Shown here in pieces: positions 56,716 through 64,000 of a stretch of 64,000 nt of DNA. Source of the DNA: an uncultured virus (IMG/VR IMGVR_UViG_3300042289_001232) (Duplodnaviria > Heunggongvirae > Uroviricota > Caudoviricetes); the IMG/VR virus record IMGVR_UViG_3300042289_001232; one strand, written 5' to 3'. The notes under the pieces were generated by a model. That model made no database searches. It saw nothing but the letters and a program-made list of their open reading frames with translations, and was not told the origin of the DNA. How positions within the stretch are numbered: position 1 is the stretch's first letter; the number at the start of each line of letters is the position of its first letter. Made by a program: the position numbers and the translations under genes.

Positions 56716-59700
56716 ATGAAAGACCCAAACGAGATCAATCCCAAAAATACATTTGCACCTGAGAGTGACAATATCTCCAATAAACTCAAATCTAATTCTC
56801 TCAGTGATACAGATAAAACTAGTATTGTTAATGATCTCCTTGACAAACTGAGAATTAGAGAAACTAAGTCTAATCTTGGTAATGTAACTGTCACAATAGT
56901 GGATGGATCCAAAAAGCCACGATCTCCATCAGGAATTTTTCCGCCGTCAACATCGGGATCTTCTTTCATATCGACCACAACAAATCTTGTGGTGAACTCC
57001 TCACCAAAAAATCAAACCAATACTAATTCTTCTCTAACTGGAGAAACCGCAAATCAAACCAAAAAAGAAGAGAAAAAAGAACCCGTTATAGAAAATAGTA
57101 TGCGGGTAGGTTTTGAAAAACTTTTAGAGTCTCAAGATAGTTTGTTCAAAAAATTTGAGGTTGCCTCATCAAAAATGGAGCAGAGTTGGAAGGAAATCAG
57201 TAGTCTCAAGGCTGAAATATTTAAGATCGAAGAAACCGGTGAAGGAATAGACCAAATTGAAAAACTTCGCCTTCAACTTGATCGTGCAGTTCTCCTTAAT
57301 AAATTAAGTAGTGACGAAGCCAATGCGATTCAATCCGAAATAAAAGATCGCCAAACAGAAATAGAAACATCCTTAACAACTATATCTGAACAGTCATCTA
57401 TAAATGCTGATGTTGCTCGTAAACTTCTTGGAGTAACAAAAAATGCAAGTGAAGAGTCATTAGAAAAACTTCGGGAAATCGATGATCGTATAAACGACGA
57501 TAACAAAAAGTTCGAATCGTTTATGATGCAGTTCAAATATGAAAATGAACTGACACGAAAGGTCGAAGACGAAATTAACTCTCGTCTAGACAAATCGATA
57601 TCCGATGCCGTGGAAAATTTCCAACTATTTACAAATCAAGATACATTAGTTGAAATATCGAAAAAAACAGGTCTTAATCTTGAAACTTTGGCTCTTATTC
57701 AAGAAGAAATTGCAAACAGTATTAACTCGGCTGGCGATAAAGTAGATCTATCTGATAAAAAAGAAGTAGAGAGATTCAAACAACAAATTATAACCGAAAC
57801 TAAATTCAAAAACGATATTGTAAAGGAACTAATAAAGAGCCGAGAAAAAATTGATACTGAAAGTGTCAAAAAAGAACTAAAATATCAGTATGAAAGATCT
57901 GGTCTACCCGCAGCATTTGCAACAATAAAAGCAAAACAAAATGCAGAGCAAGAAGCGAATTTAAGAAGGAAGGCCATAGATGAGCAAATTCAAATACTGA
58001 AAACTCAAAACGAAACTGAAAAAAAGCAACTAGATCAAAGTTTATTCCAATCATCTCTGATTGAAGAAGACATCAGATATCGTCTTGAGAAAGAAAAAGA
58101 AGATTCCGGACTTCCTAAATGGTATCGTGAACTGAGAGAAAAACTTGAACCAATAAAAACAGTTCTTGATGATATGCTAGAAGCATACAAAAGTCAGGGG
58201 ATATTGACTAAAATTTTGATGGCTCTTGGTCTTGTTGGAGGGATAATTGCAGGAGTAATTTCCGCTGCTATTTCTAAAGTTTTCTCAACACTTGCAGGAG
58301 CATTCGGTGTATTTTCAAGACTGTTCCCTAACATTGCAAAGGGTATAACATCGTTCCTAGAAATATTGTCAAAAAGTGGAACGATTGGGAGTAAAATTAT
58401 AAGTCCAATAATTAAAATGGTCAAACCTGTTATCACGGCTATGAAGTTCGTTATGAATTATCTTGGAATGTTGATAAAACCATTAGGTGCAATTTTCAAC
58501 TCTTTTAAAGTTGGAGTATACCTTGGTAAAGAATTGGCGAAGGGTTTAAAGTATTTTATTGGGATACTAGGCAAACTGGCTTTGCCAATAACAGTCTTAT
58601 TGACAGCAATTGATGCTGTTATAGGAGGGTTTAAAGGATATAGCAAAGAGGGAGTGTCTGGAATAATCAAAGGAGCATTGTCGGGAATTATAAGTGGTCT
58701 AACTTTCGGATTGATAGATTTCGAATCCATATTCAAGTTTTTTGGTGATACAATTCAACCAATATTTGATTCGATCAGCGATGCTGTTGCTCCATTTGCA
58801 GATTGGTTGACATCAACATATCGAATATTCAAAAAGGCTTTTGATGATATATCAGAAACATTTCAAGGTGGTGGGTCTCTAATCTACAAGATATTCAAAT
58901 CTTTTGGTCACTTGGCGGTCCTAGGGCTTGAGTACATTAAAAACAACATAATGTTAATTGTCAAAGGACTGTTTCAACTTGCAGTAGCCTTACCATTCAA
59001 AATTGGTGTGTTTTTAGGTGAAACATTAATTCACATATCAAAAGTGATACGAGATACTATCGATATGGCTATCAATTGGTTTATAAACTGGATAAGTAGC
59101 GGACAATGGCTAGGTGATATGAGGAATTTCGGTAATTGGATATGGAATGAATTAGTTGGTGTATTAGAAGATGCGATTAAAGGTCTTGCGGATGGTCTAG
59201 GTGAACTCCCGATAGTTGGAGAATATATCAAACAGGCTATAGGTGGGGGATCTAAATCTGCTCCCCCGATGACACAAGAAGAAATGCTGTCAGGTGAAGA
59301 AACAGGGATAGAAAGAACTTCAACTGAGATACTAGCAAGTAAAGATGCAGAGGCACAAAGAACTTCAACTGAGATACTAGCAAGTAAAGATGCAGAGGCA
59401 CAAAGAACTTCAACTGAGATACTAGCAAGTAAAGATGCAGAGGCACAAAGAACTTCAACTGAGATAGCCAAAGAGTTTGGTGAAAAATTAAATGAAGATC
59501 AAAAACGCAGAGATACTGCTGCTGTTATCACTTTAAATAAACTAATTGGAAACGCACAATCAAGTGAAGAAACCTTGTCGAAAATTAACAATATTTCATC
59601 TACTACGGAGAGAATGGCGAGTTCATATGCCGCCGAAAATAGAAAAATGATGACGCATGAGGCCATGATTTTTAGATCATTCAATGCAATATCTAATACA

Positions 59701-59955
59701 TCATCTAAAAATAGTTCTGCTATCAGTATTGAAGACTCCACAAAAATCAAAAACATATCAAAAGAATTGGTCCGTGAAGTGAAAACAAGTGAGAATTTTA
59801 ATGCAAGTAAAGGTAATTTGACAAGCGTAAATACGACTATGGTGAATAATAATACTTCTCCAGCACCACAGCCTGCTCTTATAGCACCTCAGCCACCGAG
59901 AAATACTGAGCCGACATATAGAAATATGATGTTTGCAGAAAATCCAGGATTCTGA
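56716..59955 (+). CDS. Tape-measure-like protein (gp29 position)
   Basis: 1079 aa with a long coiled-coil N-half and a G/A/I/F-rich amphipathic central region. Follows gp26/gp51. Confidence 0.7.
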   Translation: MKDPNEINPKNTFAPESDNISNKLKSNSLSDTDKTSIVNDLLDKLRIRETKSNLGNVTVTIVDGSKKPRSPSGIFPPSTSGSSFISTTTNLVVNSSPKNQTNTNSSLTGETANQTKKEEKKEPVIENSMRVGFEKLLESQDSLFKKFEVASSKMEQSWKEISSLKAEIFKIEETGEGIDQIEKLRLQLDRAVLLNKLSSDEANAIQSEIKDRQTEIETSLTTISEQSSINADVARKLLGVTKNASEESLEKLREIDDRINDDNKKFESFMMQFKYENELTRKVEDEINSRLDKSISDAVENFQLFTNQDTLVEISKKTGLNLETLALIQEEIANSINSAGDKVDLSDKKEVERFKQQIITETKFKNDIVKELIKSREKIDTESVKKELKYQYERSGLPAAFATIKAKQNAEQEANLRRKAIDEQIQILKTQNETEKKQLDQSLFQSSLIEEDIRYRLEKEKEDSGLPKWYRELREKLEPIKTVLDDMLEAYKSQGILTKILMALGLVGGIIAGVISAAISKVFSTLAGAFGVFSRLFPNIAKGITSFLEILSKSGTIGSKIISPIIKMVKPVITAMKFVMNYLGMLIKPLGAIFNSFKVGVYLGKELAKGLKYFIGILGKLALPITVLLTAIDAVIGGFKGYSKEGVSGIIKGALSGIISGLTFGLIDFESIFKFFGDTIQPIFDSISDAVAPFADWLTSTYRIFKKAFDDISETFQGGGSLIYKIFKSFGHLAVLGLEYIKNNIMLIVKGLFQLAVALPFKIGVFLGETLIHISKVIRDTIDMAINWFINWISSGQWLGDMRNFGNWIWNELVGVLEDAIKGLADGLGELPIVGEYIKQAIGGGSKSAPPMTQEEMLSGEETGIERTSTEILASKDAEAQRTSTEILASKDAEAQRTSTEILASKDAEAQRTSTEIAKEFGEKLNEDQKRRDTAAVITLNKLIGNAQSSEETLSKINNISSTTERMASSYAAENRKMMTHEAMIFRSFNAISNTSSKNSSAISIEDSTKIKNISKELVREVKTSENFNASKGNLTSVNTTMVNNNTSPAPQPALIAPQPPRNTEPTYRNMMFAENPGF
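59312..59466 (+). repeat. Perfect 45-bp (15-aa, RTSTEILASKDAEAQ) tandem repeat, about 3.4 copies
   Basis: AAAGAACTTCAACTGAGATA recurs at 59312, 59357, 59402 and 59447. Confidence 0.95.
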
Positions 59956-59973
59956 CATCATACATCCTAAAGG

Positions 59974-60002
59974 AAAAGAAACAGCCCCCTTTCGGGGGCT
60001 GT
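59974..60002 (-). terminator. Intrinsic terminator for gp32 (may also stop the convergent tape-measure transcript)
   Basis: Minus strand reads ACAGCCCCC-GAAA-GGGGGCTGT-TTCTTTT. Confidence 0.9.
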
Positions 60003-60043
60003 CGGACCAAAGATGCGATCTTTAGTGGGGTTATGAGTATTTA

Positions 60044-60967
60044 TCACTCATCATCTTCCGCTAACTTACGGAAGTATGAAAGTGCCTCAGATTCATCATC
60101 GTCATCAACAACATTCTTCTTTGCAGTAGTCTTCTTGGAAGACGATTCGGCAATCTGATTAGCCTTTCCCATCTTACTGCGGAAGTCCTCTGGCTCTGAA
60201 TCTTCTGCCTTTACAGATGCAGCAGAAGATGCCTTCGAAACCTGTGTAAATCTTGTCGAAAGTTCTTCATAAGATTTAAACTGATCTTCCGCAACAAATT
60301 CCTTAAGAGCGTATTCCTTCTTCCACAATGCTTCCAACTTAGAATCATCTCCCTCAAAGAGTGGAGCAGGAGCAGAGAAGCCACTCTTTTCGTAGGAAAC
60401 ATACCCTGAATCAATATGTGCCTTCAACTTAAAGTTGGCTCCCTTCCAAAAATCAAAAGGATTAAACTTAGGCTCATCGGGATCAGAGGGATTCATGGCT
60501 TCCTGCAACTTATCGAAGATCTTCTTACCATACTTAAAAAGAAAGACCTTTCCTTCATTGTCACGATTTGCGGGATCCGAAACAACAAGAATGTTGCTGA
60601 TATAAGATAACTTGCGTTTACGATCACGGGCAATCTTCTTGTTGGATTCGATGCCACTATTCCAAAGTTCATTGTTTGCCTCACAAACAGGACATTTGCG
60701 GCCAAGTGTCGTTGGACAATTTTCGATGAACCATCCCCCCTTGCCTTGGAATCCATGACTAAAAACCCGAATCATGGGAATCTCTTCGCCATCGGCTGCC
60801 GGAAGAAAACGAATCACAGCCATACCATTTCCACTCTTGTCTCGCTCAAGCGACCAGAAGCGATCATCCTTTTGGTAACCACCTTCCTTACCGCCCTGCT
60901 TTTCCATTTCCTTCTGTAGTCTATCTAAACCAGTCTGTGCGCTCTTTTTTAGATTTGCAAATGACAT
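60044..60967 (-). CDS. gp32: Single-stranded DNA-binding protein
   Basis: DDRFW, DKSGNG.AVIRFLP, HGFQG.GGWFIENCPTTLG..CPVCE.N, KYGKKIFDK, FDFWKGANFKLK, acidic tail ALSYFRKLAEDDE. Confidence 0.97.
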   Translation of the reverse strand: MSFANLKKSAQTGLDRLQKEMEKQGGKEGGYQKDDRFWSLERDKSGNGMAVIRFLPAADGEEIPMIRVFSHGFQGKGGWFIENCPTTLGRKCPVCEANNELWNSGIESNKKIARDRKRKLSYISNILVVSDPANRDNEGKVFLFKYGKKIFDKLQEAMNPSDPDEPKFNPFDFWKGANFKLKAHIDSGYVSYEKSGFSAPAPLFEGDDSKLEALWKKEYALKEFVAEDQFKSYEELSTRFTQVSKASSAASVKAEDSEPEDFRSKMGKANQIAESSSKKTTAKKNVVDDDDESEALSYFRKLAEDDE

Positions 60968-61025
60968 TGTATCTCCTTGTATTTTAAGTGTAACGATGTG
61001 TTTGAATTGTAACTACGATATCACA

Positions 61026-61265
61026 TTAGTCAAGAGGTAACTTCGTGGTTTTTCTTTTCCCACGAACCATGTTCAATAATTCAAATTCACTTTTAAGTTT
61101 CTCACGAATCGGCTTCGATAACAACTTCGCTGCTGATTCAGGTTCAATACCATACTTCTCACATAAATCGATAATTGATTCCATATACTTTCCACTCATT
61201 CTTGATCGAGTGAGTAACTCCACTTCCTTTGAAAAATCGTGGTCGATGTTCATTATTGATCCCAT
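61026..61265 (-). CDS. gp33: Late transcription co-activator
   Basis: FSKEVE...YMESIIDLCEKYGIEPESAAKLLSKPIREKLK.E...LNM...KLPL. GGAGG SD. Confidence 0.85.
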   Translation of the reverse strand: MGSIMNIDHDFSKEVELLTRSRMSGKYMESIIDLCEKYGIEPESAAKLLSKPIREKLKSEFELLNMVRGKRKTTKLPLD

Positions 61266-61478
61266 TCAGATTCCTCCTTCCTCTTGAATATCTTCCTGTA
61301 TGGGCATAGTTTCGATTTTCTGAACCCACCGAAAAACTCCCTTTTCAAATTCCTCATGTGTCAAAAGAAGACCAAGTTGCTCCCCTTTCTCGGTCATAAA
61401 TCTAACACAATGATACTTTTCCATCTTTGGTGGCGGTGATGGTTCAATTGATTTGAACAGTCGCTTTATGAATTTCAT
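61266..61478 (-). CDS. Hypothetical protein (70 aa)
   Basis: AGGAG SD upstream. Lies in the operon between the exonuclease and gp33. Confidence 0.55.
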   Translation of the reverse strand: MKFIKRLFKSIEPSPPPKMEKYHCVRFMTEKGEQLGLLLTHEEFEKGVFRWVQKIETMPIQEDIQEEGGI

Positions 61479-62124
61479 TTGCTATCTCCTGCACATCTTT
61501 AAATGAGTATTTATCCCAATAAGTCTTGATCACTTCGAACATGGACTTTTTATAGTCCAATGGATCTTCAACAAACTCTTGCAATGTTCCATCGTCAGTA
61601 ACAATCAAAACGACAACCCTCTCAATCAAATCCTCTTTCTCATGAGATTGATTCCACATATATGCATATGCAGTTGTCTGATGAAAATAATTAAGAATCT
61701 GATCTTTAGTCTTGTCTTTGCCTGCTGTTTTAAAATCAACTACAGCCAACTTGCCATCGTATTCTGCAATACAATCTACTCTTCCTGCAAGGAGAATATT
61801 GTCCGACCACATTGGAATTTCGATTGCTCGGATGCTAGTAATTTTATCTAGACAAGGCTTCAGTAAATCAAACTTCATCCTATCAAATGGATCTTTTGGT
61901 ACTATCTTCTCACCAAGATAATCTTCCATCACTTGATGTAGACGATTACCTCTTGCTAATGCTTTTTTTGAAATGGCAAGATTTTGCGGATTTTTCCTCC
62001 ACTCTCGCCAAAAGTCTTCCATTTCATGGTTGACAACTGTGGTAACCGATGGATACCAACGAAGAGTTGTTGGGGATTGATAGTATCTACCTTTACCCTC
62101 TAATTCGACAGATTTCAACTTCAT
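61444..62124 (-). CDS. PD-(D/E)XK exonuclease of T4-like phages
   Basis: RYY..P....YPSVTTV, RGNRLH..MEDYL, AGRVDCIAEYDGKLAVVDFKT, YFHQTTAYA.M. Confidence 0.88.
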   Translation of the reverse strand: MKLKSVELEGKGRYYQSPTTLRWYPSVTTVVNHEMEDFWREWRKNPQNLAISKKALARGNRLHQVMEDYLGEKIVPKDPFDRMKFDLLKPCLDKITSIRAIEIPMWSDNILLAGRVDCIAEYDGKLAVVDFKTAGKDKTKDQILNYFHQTTAYAYMWNQSHEKEDLIERVVVLIVTDDGTLQEFVEDPLDYKKSMFEVIKTYWDKYSFKDVQEIANEIHKATVQIN

Positions 62125-62127
62125 TGC

Positions 62128-62385
62128 TTAATAGTCACGCATTTTATGCCGTGGGTGCGCTTTCTTTATTTTAGATAAAACTTCCTTGAAACCGTTATCC
62201 ACCTTGCCTACGCTACCAACCCGAATAGGGTCGCAAGCAGATGGAGCCTCTTTAATGATCTGTTCTACTTTCTTCTGACCACATTTTTCACAAGGCTTTT
62301 TGGTTGGCTTCTTGCGATCATCAATACGAAGCATCTCTTCGAATTCATGGTTGCAAGCCCTACAGATGTAGTCATAGAATGGCAT
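62128..62385 (-). CDS. FmdB-family zinc-ribbon protein
   Basis: MPFYDYICRACNHEFE...CEKCG, and DNGFKEVLSKIKKAHP. Confidence 0.85.
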   Translation of the reverse strand: MPFYDYICRACNHEFEEMLRIDDRKKPTKKPCEKCGQKKVEQIIKEAPSACDPIRVGSVGKVDNGFKEVLSKIKKAHPRHKMRDY

Positions 62386-62396
62386 AGTACTAGTTG

Positions 62397-62403
62397 TATT
62401 TAG
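62397..62403 (-). promoter_or_regulatory. Late promoter motif (CTAAATA) upstream of the FmdB-exonuclease-gp33-gp32 genes
   Basis: TATTTAG on + strand, overlapping the stop of the upstream ORF. Confidence 0.5.
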
Positions 62404-62630
62404 TCAACATCTGAATCGGAATTTGATGGACTTCCCTTAGCCGTCGTAATCGGTTGAACATCACTACTCTTAACCCAAAAGAATTCCGGCCCCCACTCTC
62501 GGGAATAAGTGCTAACGAAATACTGCGTCCCCCAAACGGGGTCTTCTTCGACCTTGCGAACGGTCGCAACCTTATCCAGCGAGTTAACATAAACCTTCTG
62601 AGGAACAACGCCCTGATGATTCTTAGACAT
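62400..62630 (-). CDS. Hypothetical protein (76 aa)
   Basis: AGGA upstream. First gene after the minus-strand sigma70-like promoter. Confidence 0.55.
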   Translation of the reverse strand: MSKNHQGVVPQKVYVNSLDKVATVRKVEEDPVWGTQYFVSTYSREWGPEFFWVKSSDVQPITTAKGSPSNSDSDVD

Positions 62631-62694
62631 TTTCTATCCTATTTTCTATCTTGAAACTTTACGACATCCCAACATCCAAATTGGGATTTCATGT

Positions 62695-62754
62695 AATATA
62701 CACCCATATTTAATCCTTGTCAAGTCTTGACAACTTAAGTTTTGTCTGTATACT
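62695..62754. promoter_or_regulatory. Divergent sigma70-like promoter pair with adjacent -35 boxes
   Basis: Minus: TTGACA (62723-62718)-N17-TATATT (62700-62695). Plus: TTGACA (62727-62732)-N16-TATACT (62749-62754). Confidence 0.7.
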
Positions 62755-62761
62755 ATTCAGT

Positions 62762-63601
62762 ATGATCCTTTTGGACATGAACCAAATCACTATTGCCAAC
62801 TTGATGGCTGAGTCAAAGGGTAAGCCCAATATGGATATTGGTCTTATTCGTCATATGGTGGTCAATAGTATTAGACTTATCAGACTTAGGTTCTCAAGTG
62901 AATACGGTGAACCTGTTTTGTGTTATGACTCCCGTGTACGGGCGTGGCGCAAGGATATCTTTCCACAATACAAGGCCAATCGAAAAAAGGTTAGGGAAGA
63001 GTCCGATATTAACTGGGATCAGTTATGGGACATTCTGCGTCAGATCAAAAAAGAGTTGAAGGATGTCTTCCCCTATAAACTGATGGAAGTTGATTCGTGT
63101 GAAGGTGATGACATCATTGCAGTCCTTTCAAAGAATCTTGAAGGGAAGCATCTGATTGTATCGTCAGACCATGACTTCTTCCAACTACAGAGCCTGCCGA
63201 ATGTGAAGCAATGGTGTCCTCGGACGAAAGAATTCATCGTCTGCAAAAATCCTAGAGAGGAACTTATACGCCATATCATGAAGGGAGATAGTGGCGATGG
63301 AGTTCCCAATTTCCTATCGGACGATTCTGTTTTTGTCGAAAGTAAACGACAAAAACCTATTTACGAGAAGAAACTTGTCGAATGGATTCAGGTTCCGCTA
63401 AATACATTCTGCACAGATGAAATGCTTCGCAACTACGAACGCAATAAGACGATGATCGATTTTTCACGAATTCCGGATAGAATTGAAACCGCAATTATGC
63501 GTGAATTCGAAGTCCCCTCTGAAGGCAATCGATCAAAGATATTACCATATATGATAGAAAACAATATGCGTTTGCTTATTGAACACTTACAGGAGTTTTA
63601 A
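62762..63601 (+). CDS. rnh: T4-type RNase H / 5'-3' exonuclease (true start ATG 62762)
   Basis: MILLDMNQI, WRKDIFPQYKANRKK, EGDDIIAVL, IVSSDHDFFQLQ, KGDSGDGVPNFLSDD, RNYERNKTMIDF..IP. Confidence 0.93.
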   Translation: MILLDMNQITIANLMAESKGKPNMDIGLIRHMVVNSIRLIRLRFSSEYGEPVLCYDSRVRAWRKDIFPQYKANRKKVREESDINWDQLWDILRQIKKELKDVFPYKLMEVDSCEGDDIIAVLSKNLEGKHLIVSSDHDFFQLQSLPNVKQWCPRTKEFIVCKNPREELIRHIMKGDSGDGVPNFLSDDSVFVESKRQKPIYEKKLVEWIQVPLNTFCTDEMLRNYERNKTMIDFSRIPDRIETAIMREFEVPSEGNRSKILPYMIENNMRLLIEHLQEF

Positions 63602-63603
63602 AC

Positions 63604-64000
63604 ATGTCAGCGAATTTAACTATTGCAGAAATTCTAATTGATATTAAGAACAAGGCCAAAGGACCGCAAGATATTGTTCGTGGTCTTCAAGCAAATAACA
63701 CAATAGCCATGCGAGAACTGTTGAAATATGCATTCGATGGAACTTCTTGGTATAGAAAGACCCTACCGGATTTCACCGAAGACGGCAGTCCTGATGGATT
63801 AGCACCATCTTCGCTTTGGGCTGAAGTTCGAAGACTTTACATTTTCAAAGAAGAATACAACCTTTCCGCTAAACGAAAGGATGAAATCCTGATTCAGATT
63901 CTTGAATCCATTTCCAAAAAGGAAACGGAAATGCTCAAGTCTATGTTTGAGGGATCTTTCAAGTATTCATACGGAATCGATAAAGAAATGGTTGAAAAGG
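63604..64000 (+). CDS. Hypothetical protein, runs off the window end (not in the ORF track)
   Basis: AGGAG SD. MSANLTIAEIL...LLKYAFD...SSLWAEVRRLYIF...RKDEILIQILESI..KE resembles a conserved hypothetical family found after rnh in T4-like phages. Confidence 0.7.
   Translation, partial: MSANLTIAEILIDIKNKAKGPQDIVRGLQANNTIAMRELLKYAFDGTSWYRKTLPDFTEDGSPDGLAPSSLWAEVRRLYIFKEEYNLSAKRKDEILIQILESISKKETEMLKSMFEGSFKYSYGIDKEMVEK

Noticed and set aside
56691..56720. TTGACA upstream of the tape-measure-like gene as a sigma70 promoter
   Set aside because: There is no -10 element at 16-18 nt spacing.
59312..59466. 45-bp repeats as a possible CRISPR array
   Set aside because: The copies are contiguous with no unique spacers, are in frame inside a CDS, and have no cas genes nearby.
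61444..62124. Exonuclease as Cas4 or a defence gene
   Set aside because: It lacks the Cas4 Fe-S cysteine cluster. Motifs and position match the ordinary PD-(D/E)XK exonuclease of T4-like phages.
62717..62761. ORF-track N-terminal extensions (rnh from 62717, gp48 from 53925, lipoprotein from 8910, ORF from 15276)
   Set aside because: These extensions run through promoter motifs or upstream genes. Family motifs, SD sites or stop/start overlaps support the later starts.
1..64000. tRNA or rRNA genes
   Set aside because: Intergenic gaps are short and I could not see a cloverleaf or T-loop pattern. A tRNAscan run would be needed to exclude them fully.

Overview
This is a 64 kb segment of a large T4-like myovirus genome. 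The gene set resembles the marine/freshwater cyanophage-type T4 relatives, and the host cannot be determined from this window. It holds an almost complete virion morphogenesis module, mostly on the minus strand: gp48-53-27-5-PAAR-25-6-7-8, a VrlC/DUF4815-like protein, a 2054-aa tail fibre, gp13-14-15-16-17-18-19-20, prohead core genes, gp21-22-23 and two gp3 copies. A divergent + strand block carries gp4-2-54-26-51 and a tape-measure-like gene. The right end begins the replication/transcription region (gp32, gp33, exonuclease, FmdB, RNase H). Late genes are preceded by a recurring (C/A)TAAATA motif. Main points of interest: (1) a late-promoter GT2-TPR glycosyltransferase sits inside the structural module, while G-x-T-[G/A] motifs are strongly enriched in exposed virion proteins, suggesting a virion O-glycosylation system; (2) a T TTT TTC slippery site joins gp26 to a start-less gp51 in the -1 frame directly upstream of the tape measure gene, like lambda gpG/gpGT; (3) a late cassette of four paralogous 492-910 aa proteins has constant ends and variable middles; (4) several transcripts appear leaderless. 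All calls come from motif recognition and gene order by eye. No database searches were run.
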